NCBI GenBank assembly: GCA_963723555.1
Contig: CAVRRC010000004.1
Coordinates: 41,643 to 105,642, forward strand
Source: an uncultured Solirubrobacterales bacterium
GTDB taxonomy: Bacteria > Actinomycetota > Thermoleophilia > Solirubrobacterales > Solirubrobacteraceae
Direction: 5' to 3'
Length of the DNA stretch: 64,000 bases
Numbering within the stretch: position 1 is the stretch's first letter; the number at the start of each line of letters is the position of its first letter. This document shows, in pieces, positions 1 to 9,412 of this stretch. Position numbers and translations under genes: made by a program. Below the pieces are notes generated by a model. That model did not search any database. It was not told the origin of the DNA and was given only the letters and a program-made list of their open reading frames with translations.

Positions 1-708
1 TCCCGTTCGGCGATTCCCGCCATCAAGTCGCTCGGGCAGGCGTCGGTCGCCGGCAAGGCCGCCGTGCAGGCCGCGGCACCGACGGTCGGCCTGCTGAACC
101 AGTTCGCGCGACCGACCCCCGAGCTGGCGCAGAACCTCGCCATCGTCCTGCACGACCTCGACGATCGCAGCCGGGCCGTCGAACCCGATTCGCGCAGTCC
201 CGGCGGCAAGGGCTACACCGGGCTCGAGGCGCTGCTCCAGTACGTGTTCAACCAGACGCTGTCGATCAACACCTTCGGGCCGTTCGGGCACCTGCTCGCC
301 GTCGACTCTTTCGTGGACCCGATGTGCGCGCCGTACGCGACGCCGGCGACGATCGCCATGAGCTTGGCGAAGTACGGGCCGCGCTACCGCCAGTGCTACG
401 CGTGGCTGGGGCCCAACCAGCCCGCAGTCAACGAAACCGACCCCAGCAACCCCCACGCCTGCGTGCCCGACCCCGGGGGCGCGCCGCCGGGCAGGCGGGG
501 CCCCAGGACGTCGGCCTGCAAGCTGACCGTGTCCTCGCTGGCCCGCCCCCGCGCGAGCGCCACCAACGCCCAAAGCGCCGCCGGCCCCCGGGCGGCGCCC
601 CGACAGAGCAGCCCGCCGACAGCCTCCCAGACCGCGACCAGCCCCGACCCCCCGGCCGCCGGCGGCCGGCAGACCCAGCAGCTCCTCAACTACCTCCTGG
701 ATCCGTGA
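1..708 (+). CDS. Mce/MlaD-family protein, C-terminal part (5' end outside the window)
   Basis: The frame is open from nt 1 with no stop before 708. It has a Pro/Ala/Ser-rich tail typical of actinobacterial Mce C-termini. It is followed directly by four complete Mce genes. Confidence 0.6.
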   Translation, partial: SRSAIPAIKSLGQASVAGKAAVQAAAPTVGLLNQFARPTPELAQNLAIVLHDLDDRSRAVEPDSRSPGGKGYTGLEALLQYVFNQTLSINTFGPFGHLLAVDSFVDPMCAPYATPATIAMSLAKYGPRYRQCYAWLGPNQPAVNETDPSNPHACVPDPGGAPPGRRGPRTSACKLTVSSLARPRASATNAQSAAGPRAAPRQSSPPTASQTATSPDPPAAGGRQTQQLLNYLLDP

Positions 709-715
709 GCGCCCG

Positions 716-2233
716 GTGAGAAGACGCACGCAATCGGTCTTCGCGAACCCCGTGCTGATCGGCGCGGTGACGGTGCTGGTGCTGCTGGTCGCGGTGTTCC
801 TGGCCTACAACGCCAACCAGGGTCTGCCGTTCGTGCCCACCAAGGAGCTGAAGGTCGACTTCGCCGGCGGCGCGAACCTGGTCGTCGGCAACGACGCTCG
901 CGAGGGGGGCTATCGGATCGGGGCGGTGTCCGGGCTCAAGCCGATCAGGCTCTCCGACGGCCAGATCGGCGCCCAGGTGACGCTGCAGCTGAACCAGGCC
1001 TACGGCAAGGTCCCGGTCGACACCCGCGCCTCGATCCGGCCGCAGTCGGTGCTGGGCTCGAAGTACGTGGACCTGGAGATGGGGAGCTCGCACGACCTCA
1101 TCCCGGACGGCGGGACGCTGCCGATCTCGCAGTCGACGGTCCCGGTGCAGTTCGACGACATCTTCGCCACGTTCACGCCGCGGACCCGGCGGGCGATTCA
1201 GCAGAACCTGGTCGGCTTGGGCGACGCGCTGGCCGGCCGAGGCTCGGCGCTGAACGACACGATCGCCAGCCTGCCGGCGCTGCTCGGATACCTGACCCCA
1301 GTGGCGCGATCCCTGTCCTCTCCCCGCACGCAGTTGACGCGGTTCCTGCGGTCGCTGAACGCGTTCACCGGCACGGTGGAGCCAGTAGCGCGTGTGAACG
1401 CGCAGCTGTTCAGCGACATGGCGACGACGTTCGCGGCCATCTCCAGCGATCCCGGCGCGCTCGAGGCGACGATCGCGGAGTCGCCATCGACGCTCGCCGT
1501 GGGGACCCAATCGCTGCGCGTACAGCAGCCCTTCCTGGCCAATCTGACCGCGCTCGGCCGGCAGCTCGGGCCGGCGACGACGGCGCTGGCCAGCACCCTG
1601 CCGGTGCTCAACCCGGCGATCGAGGCCGGCACGCGGACGCTGGCGCGCTCGCCGATCCTGAACGCGAACCTGGAACGGCTGTTCGACGCCCTCAAGCAGC
1701 TGGCGCTGGCGCCGGGGACCAACCTGGCCCTGCGCGGGCTGACGGCGACGGTCGACACCCTCAACCCCATGGTCCGTTACCTGGGGCCGTTCCAGACCGT
1801 CTGCAACGACTGGAACTACTGGTGGACGTACCTGGCCGAGCATCTCTCCGCCCACACCTCCTACGGCTTCGCCCAGCGTGCGATGGTCAACCTCGCCTCC
1901 CCGTCGGGGGGAAGCGTTGGTCAGCAGGGCGTCACCACCCCCGTCAACGGCACGTCGGGCAGCGACGCTCCGCCGCTGACGATCTTCGGCGGCAAGCAGT
2001 TCCTCCATGCCCAGGCCTACGGCGCCGCGATCGACGACCACGGCAACGCCGATTGCGAGACCGGCCAGCGGGGATGGCCGAAGAAGCTCAATCGCTTCGA
2101 CCCCCAACGCCGGAACCTGGTGCTCGACGCCCGCACCCCCGGCGACCAGGGCCCGACCTTCAACGGCCGCGCCCGCGTACCCGCCGGCGAGACGTTCAGC
2201 CGCAACCCAACCACCGGACCCCAGCTCCCATGA
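716..2233 (+). CDS. Mce/MlaD-family lipid-transport substrate-binding protein
   Basis: 505-aa ORF. The N-terminal TM helix (VLIGAVTVLVLLVAVFLAY) is followed by an MlaD-like segment (KVDFAGGANLVVGNDAREGGYRIGAVSG) and a long helical region. It lies in a tandem Mce gene array. Confidence 0.85.
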   Translation: MRRRTQSVFANPVLIGAVTVLVLLVAVFLAYNANQGLPFVPTKELKVDFAGGANLVVGNDAREGGYRIGAVSGLKPIRLSDGQIGAQVTLQLNQAYGKVPVDTRASIRPQSVLGSKYVDLEMGSSHDLIPDGGTLPISQSTVPVQFDDIFATFTPRTRRAIQQNLVGLGDALAGRGSALNDTIASLPALLGYLTPVARSLSSPRTQLTRFLRSLNAFTGTVEPVARVNAQLFSDMATTFAAISSDPGALEATIAESPSTLAVGTQSLRVQQPFLANLTALGRQLGPATTALASTLPVLNPAIEAGTRTLARSPILNANLERLFDALKQLALAPGTNLALRGLTATVDTLNPMVRYLGPFQTVCNDWNYWWTYLAEHLSAHTSYGFAQRAMVNLASPSGGSVGQQGVTTPVNGTSGSDAPPLTIFGGKQFLHAQAYGAAIDDHGNADCETGQRGWPKKLNRFDPQRRNLVLDARTPGDQGPTFNGRARVPAGETFSRNPTTGPQLP

Positions 2234-3669
2234 CCGCCGTGGGCCGACGTAGAAGAAGCATCAGCTCGTTCAAGGCCGGCCTGATCGGGATCGTCGTCCT
2301 GCTGCTGCTCACCTACCTCGTCTTCACCAAGTTCGCGAACCCCTTCGCCAGCCCGTACACGATCCAGGCGACGTTCTCGAGCGCTACCGGGCTGCGCCCG
2401 TCATCGCTGGTGCGGATCGCCGGCGTCGACGTCGGCAAGGTCCAGAGCATCAAGCCCGCGTCGGGCTGCAAGGTGAGCGGGTCGGCCCCGTGCACGGCCT
2501 CCGAGGTGACGATGACAATCGACAGCCAGGGGCTGCCGCTGCACACCGACGCGACCTTCCGGATCCGGCCGCGGATCTTCCTCGAGGGGGACTTCTTCGT
2601 CGACGTCAGCCCGGGGACGCCGGCGGCGCCGAAGGCGCCCAGCGGGTACACGTTCCCGATCCAACAGGGCGTCGAGCCGGTGCAGCTCGACCAGGTTCTG
2701 GGCTCGTTGCAGTACGACACCCGCCGCAACCTGCAGATCCTGCTCCAGCAGTACGGGCGCGCGGTCAAAGACGGCGGTCCGGCGTACAACGCCTCCATCC
2801 CCTACTGGCTGCCCGCCTACCAGTACACCTCGGTCGTCGCCCACGACGCGCTCGGGATCCAGCCCCACGACCTCTCGAACTGGATCGCGGCCCAGGGAAC
2901 CGTCGCCGGCGCGCTCAGCGCGCATCCCCGGAACCTGGAGAACCTGATCACCGACCTCAACACGACGGCGAACGCGTTCGCATCGCAGAGCGTCGCCCTC
3001 GAGGGCGCGGTCGCGCAGCTGCCGCGGACGTTGGCCGCCGCGATCCCGGCCTTCAACGCGCTGAACGCGGCTTTCCCGCCTCTGCGCGCCCTGTCCCGCG
3101 CGCTGATCCCGGGGGTCACCTCGGCTGGTCCGGCGATCGACGCCAGCCTGCCGTTCGTCAGGCAGCTGCGCCTGCTGGTGGCGCCGTCGGAGCTCGGCGG
3201 GCTGGCCTCCGAGCTCTCGGCCACGGTCCCGTCGCTGGCGCGGCTGACCGCCGAGACGATCCCGCTGATGCGAGACGGGGTGCGGCCGGCGTCGAGCTGC
3301 TTGGCCACCGTCGTCTACCCGTGGTCGCAGCTCACGCTGGGCGATCCCCATTTCAACGCCGCCAACGGTTTCCCGCCTCGCAAGGTGTACATCGAAGCCG
3401 TCGACTACCTGCCCGGGCTGGCCGGCGAGTCGCGCAACTTCGACGCCAATGGCCCCTACATCCGAGTGCTGCTGACCGCCGGCTCGCTGACCTACTCGCT
3501 CTCGCCGGGCGCGTTCGGACAGGCGGTGGCGCCGCTGGTGGCCACCCAGCCGACGCTGCCCCCCGGGGACCGGCGGCCGCCGCTTCAGCCGAAGGTGCCG
3601 TGCGAGACGCAACCCCCGATCACGACTCTGGCGTCGCCGACCGGGCCGGCGCTCCAGCAGCTCAGGTAG
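2230..3669 (+). CDS. Mce/MlaD-family protein
   Basis: The ATG at 2230 overlaps the upstream stop (ATGA). The N-terminus has a TM helix (LIGIVVLLLLTYLVF) and then IQATFSSATGLRPSSLVRIAGVDVGKV, an MlaD-type motif. The longer ORF from 1822 is a GC-artefact extension. Confidence 0.8.
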   Translation: MTAVGRRRRSISSFKAGLIGIVVLLLLTYLVFTKFANPFASPYTIQATFSSATGLRPSSLVRIAGVDVGKVQSIKPASGCKVSGSAPCTASEVTMTIDSQGLPLHTDATFRIRPRIFLEGDFFVDVSPGTPAAPKAPSGYTFPIQQGVEPVQLDQVLGSLQYDTRRNLQILLQQYGRAVKDGGPAYNASIPYWLPAYQYTSVVAHDALGIQPHDLSNWIAAQGTVAGALSAHPRNLENLITDLNTTANAFASQSVALEGAVAQLPRTLAAAIPAFNALNAAFPPLRALSRALIPGVTSAGPAIDASLPFVRQLRLLVAPSELGGLASELSATVPSLARLTAETIPLMRDGVRPASSCLATVVYPWSQLTLGDPHFNAANGFPPRKVYIEAVDYLPGLAGESRNFDANGPYIRVLLTAGSLTYSLSPGAFGQAVAPLVATQPTLPPGDRRPPLQPKVPCETQPPITTLASPTGPALQQLR

Positions 3670-3671
3670 CG

Positions 3672-5018
3672 ATGAAGCGAGCGATCAAGACCCACGCCTT
3701 CGACGCCGCCGCGATCGTCGCCCTGGTGGTGCTGTCGGTCGCGGTCGCCGGCTACATCCTCCACCACGAGCGCCTGCGGTTCCCGCTGATCCAGTCCGCT
3801 CCGTTCACGCTCAGCGCGGACTTCTCGACCGCGCAGGCGGTGATGCCGGGGCAGGGTCAGAGCGTGCGCGTATCCGGCGTGCAGATCGGCGAGATCGGCA
3901 ATGTCAAGCTGGAGAACGGGATCGCGGTCATCCAGATGAACATCGACCAGCAGTACCGGCACCTGATCCACCAGGACGCGACCGCGCTGCTGCGCCCCCG
4001 AACCGGCCTGAAGGACATGTTCATCGAGGTCGACCCGGGATCGAGGGGGGCGCCGATCGCCCAGCCCGGCTTCACGATCCCGGTCGCGAACACGCAGCCG
4101 GACGTCAACCTCGATGAGATCCTGTCCTCGCTCGACGCCGACACGCGGACGTATCTGGCGCTGCTGGTCAACGGCGCCGGACAGGGACTGAAGGCAGGTG
4201 GCGGGAGCGAGCTGGCTCAGGTATTCGAGCGCTTCGAGCCGACCTTCCGCGACCTGGCGCGGGTCAGCGGCGCGGTGGCGAAGCGAGGACGCAACCTCCG
4301 CCGGCTGGTCAACTCGCTCCAGCGGCTGAACACGGCGCTGGCGGCGAAGCAGAGCCAGATCGTCCAGCTCGTCGACGCGAGTTCGAAGGTGTTCAACGCC
4401 ACCGCGTCCGAGAACCAGAACGTCGGCCGCGCCATCGCCGAGCTGCCGGGCACGCTGAGCCAGACGACGGCGACGCTGGCCAAGGTGCAGGCGTTCGCCG
4501 ACGAGCTCGGGCCCGCGGCCGCCAACCTGCTGCCCGCGGCCCGCGCGCTGCCGGCGGCGAACGCGGCGCTGGCGGCGCTGGCCAAGCCGAGCGCGCCGAT
4601 CGTGCAGAACCAGATCCGGCCCTTCGTGCTCGCGGCCCGGCCCGTGGTCAGCGACCTGCGGCCGGCGGCCGGCGCGCTGGCCACGGCGACGCCGAACCTG
4701 CAGAAGACGTTCGGCGTCCTCAACCACTTCGTCAACATGCTCGGCTTCTCGCCCGGCGCCGGGCAGCACGGGTACCTGTGGTGGCTGGCCTGGCTCGGCC
4801 ACAACACGCGCACCCTGTTCTCGGTTCAGGACGCCAACGGCCCCTACCGGCCGCTGTTCATCCAGTTCAGCTGCTCGCAGATCAACCTGCTCACCGGGTC
4901 ACAGTTCGCGCTCGTCGGCGCGCTGCTCAACCTGGCGCCGCTGCGGACGTTCTGTGGCCTCGGAACCGCCCGCGACCTCGCGTCGGCTCACCCCCTGACC
5001 AAGTTCCCCGCCGGCTGA
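3672..5018 (+). CDS. Mce/MlaD-family protein
   Basis: The ATG at 3672 lies 2 nt after the upstream stop. It has a TM helix (AAAIVALVVLSVAVAGYIL) and then SVRVSGVQIGEIGNVKL, an MlaD-like motif. Confidence 0.8.
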   Translation: MKRAIKTHAFDAAAIVALVVLSVAVAGYILHHERLRFPLIQSAPFTLSADFSTAQAVMPGQGQSVRVSGVQIGEIGNVKLENGIAVIQMNIDQQYRHLIHQDATALLRPRTGLKDMFIEVDPGSRGAPIAQPGFTIPVANTQPDVNLDEILSSLDADTRTYLALLVNGAGQGLKAGGGSELAQVFERFEPTFRDLARVSGAVAKRGRNLRRLVNSLQRLNTALAAKQSQIVQLVDASSKVFNATASENQNVGRAIAELPGTLSQTTATLAKVQAFADELGPAAANLLPAARALPAANAALAALAKPSAPIVQNQIRPFVLAARPVVSDLRPAAGALATATPNLQKTFGVLNHFVNMLGFSPGAGQHGYLWWLAWLGHNTRTLFSVQDANGPYRPLFIQFSCSQINLLTGSQFALVGALLNLAPLRTFCGLGTARDLASAHPLTKFPAG

Positions 5019-6499
5019 TGCTGACCACCAGCCCCTCACTCGGCAAGATCGTCACGATGGTGCTGTTCGTGTTCTCGTGCGTGGGGCTGCTGCTGTTCCT
5101 GTGGCTCTCGTTCGGGGGCCCGATCCCGTTCAATCCGCAGGGCTACCGCTTCCGGGCCTCGTTCCCGAACGCCCAGCAGCTGGCCACCCAGGCCGACGTG
5201 CGGATCGCCGGCGTGTCGGTGGGTAAGGTGATCTCGAAGTCCCGCGATCCGCAGGGCAATCGTACGATCGCCACGATCGAGCTCGACCGGCAGTACGCGC
5301 CGATTCGCGAGGACGCCAGGGCGATCCTGCGCCAGAAGACGATCCTCGGCGAGACCTATGTGGAGCTGACGCCGGGATCTCGGGCCGCCCCGCCGCTGCC
5401 CGACGGAGGCATGTTGGCCCGCGCCAACGTCCAGCCCGCGGTGCAGCTGGATCAGGTCTTCAACGCCTTCGATCCGGTCACCCGCCGCGCGTTCCAGGTC
5501 TGGCAGCAGCAGCTCGCCCTCGCCCTGCGCGGCAACGGCGCCAGCCTCAACGACGCGATCGGCAACCTGCCGCCGTTCGCCGCCGACGCCACCGACGTGC
5601 TGCGCGTGCTCGACGTCCAGCACATGGCGGTGGTGCGCCTGGTCCAGAATGGGGGCACGGTGTTCAGTGCCCTGAGCCACGATCAGTCGGCGCTGCGCAA
5701 CCTGATCACCAGCGCCGGGGCGACGTTCGCCACCACGGCCGCCAACAGCGGCCAGCTTGCCGCCACCTTCCATGTCTTCCCCACGTTCCTGAACCAGACC
5801 AAGGCCACCCTGGCCCGGCTGCAGACGTTCGCGCTCAACACCAACCCGCTGATCGACGAGCTCCATCCGGTGGCCGAGAACCTGGCCCCGACGCTGACCT
5901 CGATCGGGCAGCTCTCGCCCGATCTGGAGAGCCTGTTCGTGAACCTCGGCCCGCTGATCACGGCCTCGGAGACCGGCTTTCCCGCGCTGCGCCAGGTGCT
6001 GCTCGGCGCCGAGCCGCTGCTGGCCGCGCTCGGCCCGTTCCTCGAACAGCTCAACCCGATTCTGAGCTGGCTGTCGCTGCACCAGCAGCTGATCTCCGAC
6101 TTCATCTCGGTCGGGGCCGTCGGGGTGGCGGCCAAGACCACCGCTTACGGCGGCAGCGGCCTGAAGTGCGGCGGGGTCCCCTGCGGCCACTACCTGCGTC
6201 AGTTCTCGCCCATCGGGCCCGAGACCTCGGGGCTGGCCGCCAAACGCGATCCGAACAGCCGCGGCAACACCTACCCGCCGTCGCTGTGGCTCGGCGACCC
6301 GCGGGCCTTCTCGGCCGGGGGCAAGTACCCCGGCAGCTTCGCGTTGCCGTCGTGGGACTGCCGGAGCACGGGCGCGCCGGGCAACGGCTCGCGACCCGCG
6401 ACCGCCACCGACCAGGCGTGCTGGGTCGCGCCGACGCTGCCGGGCGCGAGGCCCGGCCAGATCCCCCACATCCTTGCCGCCCATTACCCGAGCAAGTAG
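5018..6499 (+). CDS. Mce/MlaD-family protein (last of the array)
   Basis: The ATG at 5018 overlaps the upstream TGA by 1 nt. It has a TM helix (VLFVFSCVGLLLFLWLSF) and then ADVRIAGVSVGKV, an MlaD-like motif. Confidence 0.8.
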   Translation: MLTTSPSLGKIVTMVLFVFSCVGLLLFLWLSFGGPIPFNPQGYRFRASFPNAQQLATQADVRIAGVSVGKVISKSRDPQGNRTIATIELDRQYAPIREDARAILRQKTILGETYVELTPGSRAAPPLPDGGMLARANVQPAVQLDQVFNAFDPVTRRAFQVWQQQLALALRGNGASLNDAIGNLPPFAADATDVLRVLDVQHMAVVRLVQNGGTVFSALSHDQSALRNLITSAGATFATTAANSGQLAATFHVFPTFLNQTKATLARLQTFALNTNPLIDELHPVAENLAPTLTSIGQLSPDLESLFVNLGPLITASETGFPALRQVLLGAEPLLAALGPFLEQLNPILSWLSLHQQLISDFISVGAVGVAAKTTAYGGSGLKCGGVPCGHYLRQFSPIGPETSGLAAKRDPNSRGNTYPPSLWLGDPRAFSAGGKYPGSFALPSWDCRSTGAPGNGSRPATATDQACWVAPTLPGARPGQIPHILAAHYPSK

Positions 6500-7406
6500 G
6501 CGCGGCTACCTCGAGCTCCCGGAGGGCTGGGACCCGGTCTCCGCCGCCGGTCCGGGCCCGTTTGTGACCAGCGAGCTGCTGCGCCGACCCGACGGGACGT
6601 TGGTGCGGTGGCGCTCACGGGCCTACCGGAAGGGCTCCGGGCCGGCGCCCGGCGGCGATGCGGGACCGCAGGCGGGGGACGGACGGGTGTGGTGGCGCCC
6701 GGATCAGCGCAGCTGGTGGATGGCCGGCCTGTTCTCCGTCGGCGCCTCGTGCTTCATCGCCGGGGCGCTGGCCTCGCAGTGGGGATCGTCCTCCCGTCCC
6801 GCGATCGGCGTCACGTTCTTCGTCGGCTCGATCTTCTTCACCTCCGCGGCCTACCTGCAGTTCGCCGAGGCGGCCAGCGTCCCGCACCGCGTCGGCGCCC
6901 ATCGCCGCCGGTGGCGCTGGCCGCCGGCCTCCTGGGAACCCCGGCGGATCGACTGGCTGGCCGCGCTGGTGCAGCTCGTCGGAACCGTGCTCTTCAACAT
7001 CAGCACGTTCGCCGCCATGAACCACAACCTCACCACCCACCAGGCCAACGCGCGCGTGTGGGCCCCCGATGCGTTCGGCTCGATCGCCTTCCTGGTCGCG
7101 AGTGCCTTGGCCTTCGCCGAGGTCTGCCATCGCTGGCTGTGCTTTCGCGATCGGTCGCTGTCGTGGTGGATCGTGGCCATCAACCTGCTCGGCTCGATCG
7201 CGTTCGGGGCCTCGGCGATCGCGTCGCTGGTGGAGCCGTCCTCGGGCGAGGAGGTGAGCGCCCGCATCGCCAACGCCGGCACGTCGCTGGGCGGCGTCTG
7301 CTTCCTGGTGGCCGCGTTGATGCTGATGCCGGAAGCCGCCCGGGCGCGGCGCGAGGCCCGACAATCGGCCCTGCAAACGAATGCAGTCACCGCCGGGCAG
7401 GCCTGA
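6474..7406 (+). CDS. Integral membrane protein (YrhK-like repeated TM pairs)
   Basis: There are several hydrophobic helices with the repeated pattern FxxGSxxFxxAAxLQFAEA / GSIAFLVASALAFAEV. The start is uncertain: TTG 6474 overlaps the Mce gene, and GTG 6564 is an alternative. Confidence 0.5.
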   Translation: MPPITRASRRGYLELPEGWDPVSAAGPGPFVTSELLRRPDGTLVRWRSRAYRKGSGPAPGGDAGPQAGDGRVWWRPDQRSWWMAGLFSVGASCFIAGALASQWGSSSRPAIGVTFFVGSIFFTSAAYLQFAEAASVPHRVGAHRRRWRWPPASWEPRRIDWLAALVQLVGTVLFNISTFAAMNHNLTTHQANARVWAPDAFGSIAFLVASALAFAEVCHRWLCFRDRSLSWWIVAINLLGSIAFGASAIASLVEPSSGEEVSARIANAGTSLGGVCFLVAALMLMPEAARARREARQSALQTNAVTAGQA

Positions 7407-7415
7407 CCCGGGACA

Positions 7416-9371
7416 ATGCCGTCCCTGCGCTTGCCGGGCACCGGCGGGTCTGATAGTCAACGTAGTGCCCTGCCCGCGCACGCGCCCCCGCTTCGAATCG
7501 GCTACACGGCCATCGGCGTCATCACCGCCGCCGCGGTCGCGGTCACGGCCGGCGTCACCGCCGCCGGTGTCCACGCCACCACCGGCGCCGCCGCCGGGGC
7601 CGCGGCGCTGGAGGCGCTCGGCCGGGGTCTGATCGTGGGCGTCCCGCTCGGGGTCGCCCTGTACGCGTGCCGGCGGCCCGCCCACGCCCGGTTCGGGCGG
7701 CTGCTGCTCGTCGTGGGGGGCCTGTGCTTTCTGGCCTCGATGTCGACATCGTCCTCGCCCTTCCTGCACAGCGTCGGGCGCGTCTGCGGCTGGCTGGCCG
7801 AGACGGGACTGGTGTACGCGGTGCTCGCGTTCCCGAGCGGGCGGCTGCGGGCGCGGGGCGATCGGATGCTGGTGGCCGCGTCGGTGGCGATCGTAGCCGC
7901 GCTGTTCCTGCCGAGTGCGCTCGTCGTCGAGCGCTATCCCGCCCCGTCGCCATGGTCGAGCTGCATCCACGCCTGCCCGCACAACGCGTTCATGATCGTG
8001 GGCAGCCAGCCGGCGTTCATCGGTGGTTTCCTCGACCCGTTCCGCGAGGTGCTCACGGCGATCGTGTTCGTGGTCGTCGCCGCCCGGCTGGCGGGACGGA
8101 TCCGCGACGCCGACTCGCTGCTGCGCCGAACCTTGGCGCCGGTGCTGGTGGTGGCAATCGCGCGGCTGCTCGCGTGCGTGGCCATGTTCGTCGCGCGCCG
8201 TGTGGACCCGGCTTCGCCGGTCACGGAAGCGGCCGCCTGGACCGTGGCCTTCATGTTGCCCGCGCTCGCCGCGGCCTTCGTGATCGGTCTGCTGCGCTGG
8301 CACCTGTTCGTGGTCGCGGGGGTCCGCACCGTCAACGCACGGCTGCGCGAGATGCCCGGACCGGAACCGGTGCGCGAGCTGCTGGCCAGCGCGTTCGACG
8401 ATTCCGGCCTGCAGATCGCCTCCTGGTCCGGGCGGCGGCATCGCTGGCTGGATGTGACCGGACAGCCGCTCGACGCGCCCGGGCCCGAATCGGGACGGTG
8501 CCTCACCGAGGTCCGCGACGGCCACCGGCGGGCCGTCGCGATCGTCCACGACGAGGCGCTGGCGGAGGATTCGGCGTTTGTCGACGCAGCCGCCACCGCG
8601 GCCTACGTCGCCTTCGCCAGCGACCGCGTGGCCGCCCGCACCTCGGGGCTGGTCCGTGAGCTCCGGGTGTCGCGGGCGCGGATCCTGGCCGCCGCCGACG
8701 GCGAACGCCGGCGGATCGAACGCGATCTGCACGACGGCGCCCAACAGCGGCTGGTCGCCCTGTGCATCCACCTCGAGCTCGCCGCCGAGAAGGCCCAGGG
8801 CGAGCATCCGGCCGAGGCTGCGGAGCTCCGCGAGCTGATCAGCGAGGTTGAGCAGGCGCTGGAGGAGATCCGATCCCTGACCCGCGGTATCTATCCGTCG
8901 CTGCTGCTCGAGCAGGGGCTGGTCGCGGCCGTGCAATCGGCGGCCCGCCGCTCACCGGTGCCCGCGACCGTCGAGGTGGCGGGCCTCGGCGAGTACCCGG
9001 ACGAGATCACCACGGCCGTCTATTTCTGCTGCGTCGAGGCGCTTCAGAACGTGGCCAAGCATGCGCCGGAGGCGGGGTCGGTGCACATCGTCCTCCGGGA
9101 GGCCGGCTCCGAGCTGTGCTTCTCGATCTCCGACGACGGCCCCGGGCAGATCGACGCCAGCGCCCGCGTCGGCGCCGGCCTGCTCAACATGCGCGATCGG
9201 GTCACCACCGTCGACGGTCAGCTGACCATCCGCTCCAGCCCCGGTCAGGGCACTCGCGTCAGCGGACGCATCCCCCTGGCGGCGCTTGCCCGCATGAGCA
9301 CGGCGGTCGGCGACGGACACGGGGCGCGCCGGGCCCGCACGTCCCACCGGCGCGACCGGTCGGGAACCTGA
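7416..9371 (+). CDS. Sensor histidine kinase, NarL/HisKA_3 class, multi-TM N-terminal sensor; no cognate regulator adjacent
   Basis: H-box ERRRIERDLHDGAQQRLVAL. HATPase_c motifs (ALQNVAKHA, DDGPG, GAGLLNMRDR, GQGT). About 6 predicted N-terminal TM segments. Confidence 0.8.
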   Translation: MPSLRLPGTGGSDSQRSALPAHAPPLRIGYTAIGVITAAAVAVTAGVTAAGVHATTGAAAGAAALEALGRGLIVGVPLGVALYACRRPAHARFGRLLLVVGGLCFLASMSTSSSPFLHSVGRVCGWLAETGLVYAVLAFPSGRLRARGDRMLVAASVAIVAALFLPSALVVERYPAPSPWSSCIHACPHNAFMIVGSQPAFIGGFLDPFREVLTAIVFVVVAARLAGRIRDADSLLRRTLAPVLVVAIARLLACVAMFVARRVDPASPVTEAAAWTVAFMLPALAAAFVIGLLRWHLFVVAGVRTVNARLREMPGPEPVRELLASAFDDSGLQIASWSGRRHRWLDVTGQPLDAPGPESGRCLTEVRDGHRRAVAIVHDEALAEDSAFVDAAATAAYVAFASDRVAARTSGLVRELRVSRARILAAADGERRRIERDLHDGAQQRLVALCIHLELAAEKAQGEHPAEAAELRELISEVEQALEEIRSLTRGIYPSLLLEQGLVAAVQSAARRSPVPATVEVAGLGEYPDEITTAVYFCCVEALQNVAKHAPEAGSVHIVLREAGSELCFSISDDGPGQIDASARVGAGLLNMRDRVTTVDGQLTIRSSPGQGTRVSGRIPLAALARMSTAVGDGHGARRARTSHRRDRSGT

Positions 9372-9412
9372 CACTGCACTGCTGCTGGGCTCGTAGGGGC
9401 GGCGCAGACCGC

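Noticed and set aside
686-5018. Long alternative ORFs across the Mce genes (686..2107 minus, 2401..3612 minus, 2490..5018 and 1822..3669 N-terminal extensions)
   Set aside because: Only the segments starting at the TM helix plus MlaD-like motif look protein-like. The upstream extensions overlap the preceding Mce gene in another frame.
6615-8936. 773-aa ORF on the minus strand covering the membrane-protein and kinase genes
   Set aside because: It is Arg/Gly/Pro/Asp-rich with no recognisable motifs and is fully antisense to genes with clear kinase motifs. This is a typical long spurious ORF of high-GC DNA.
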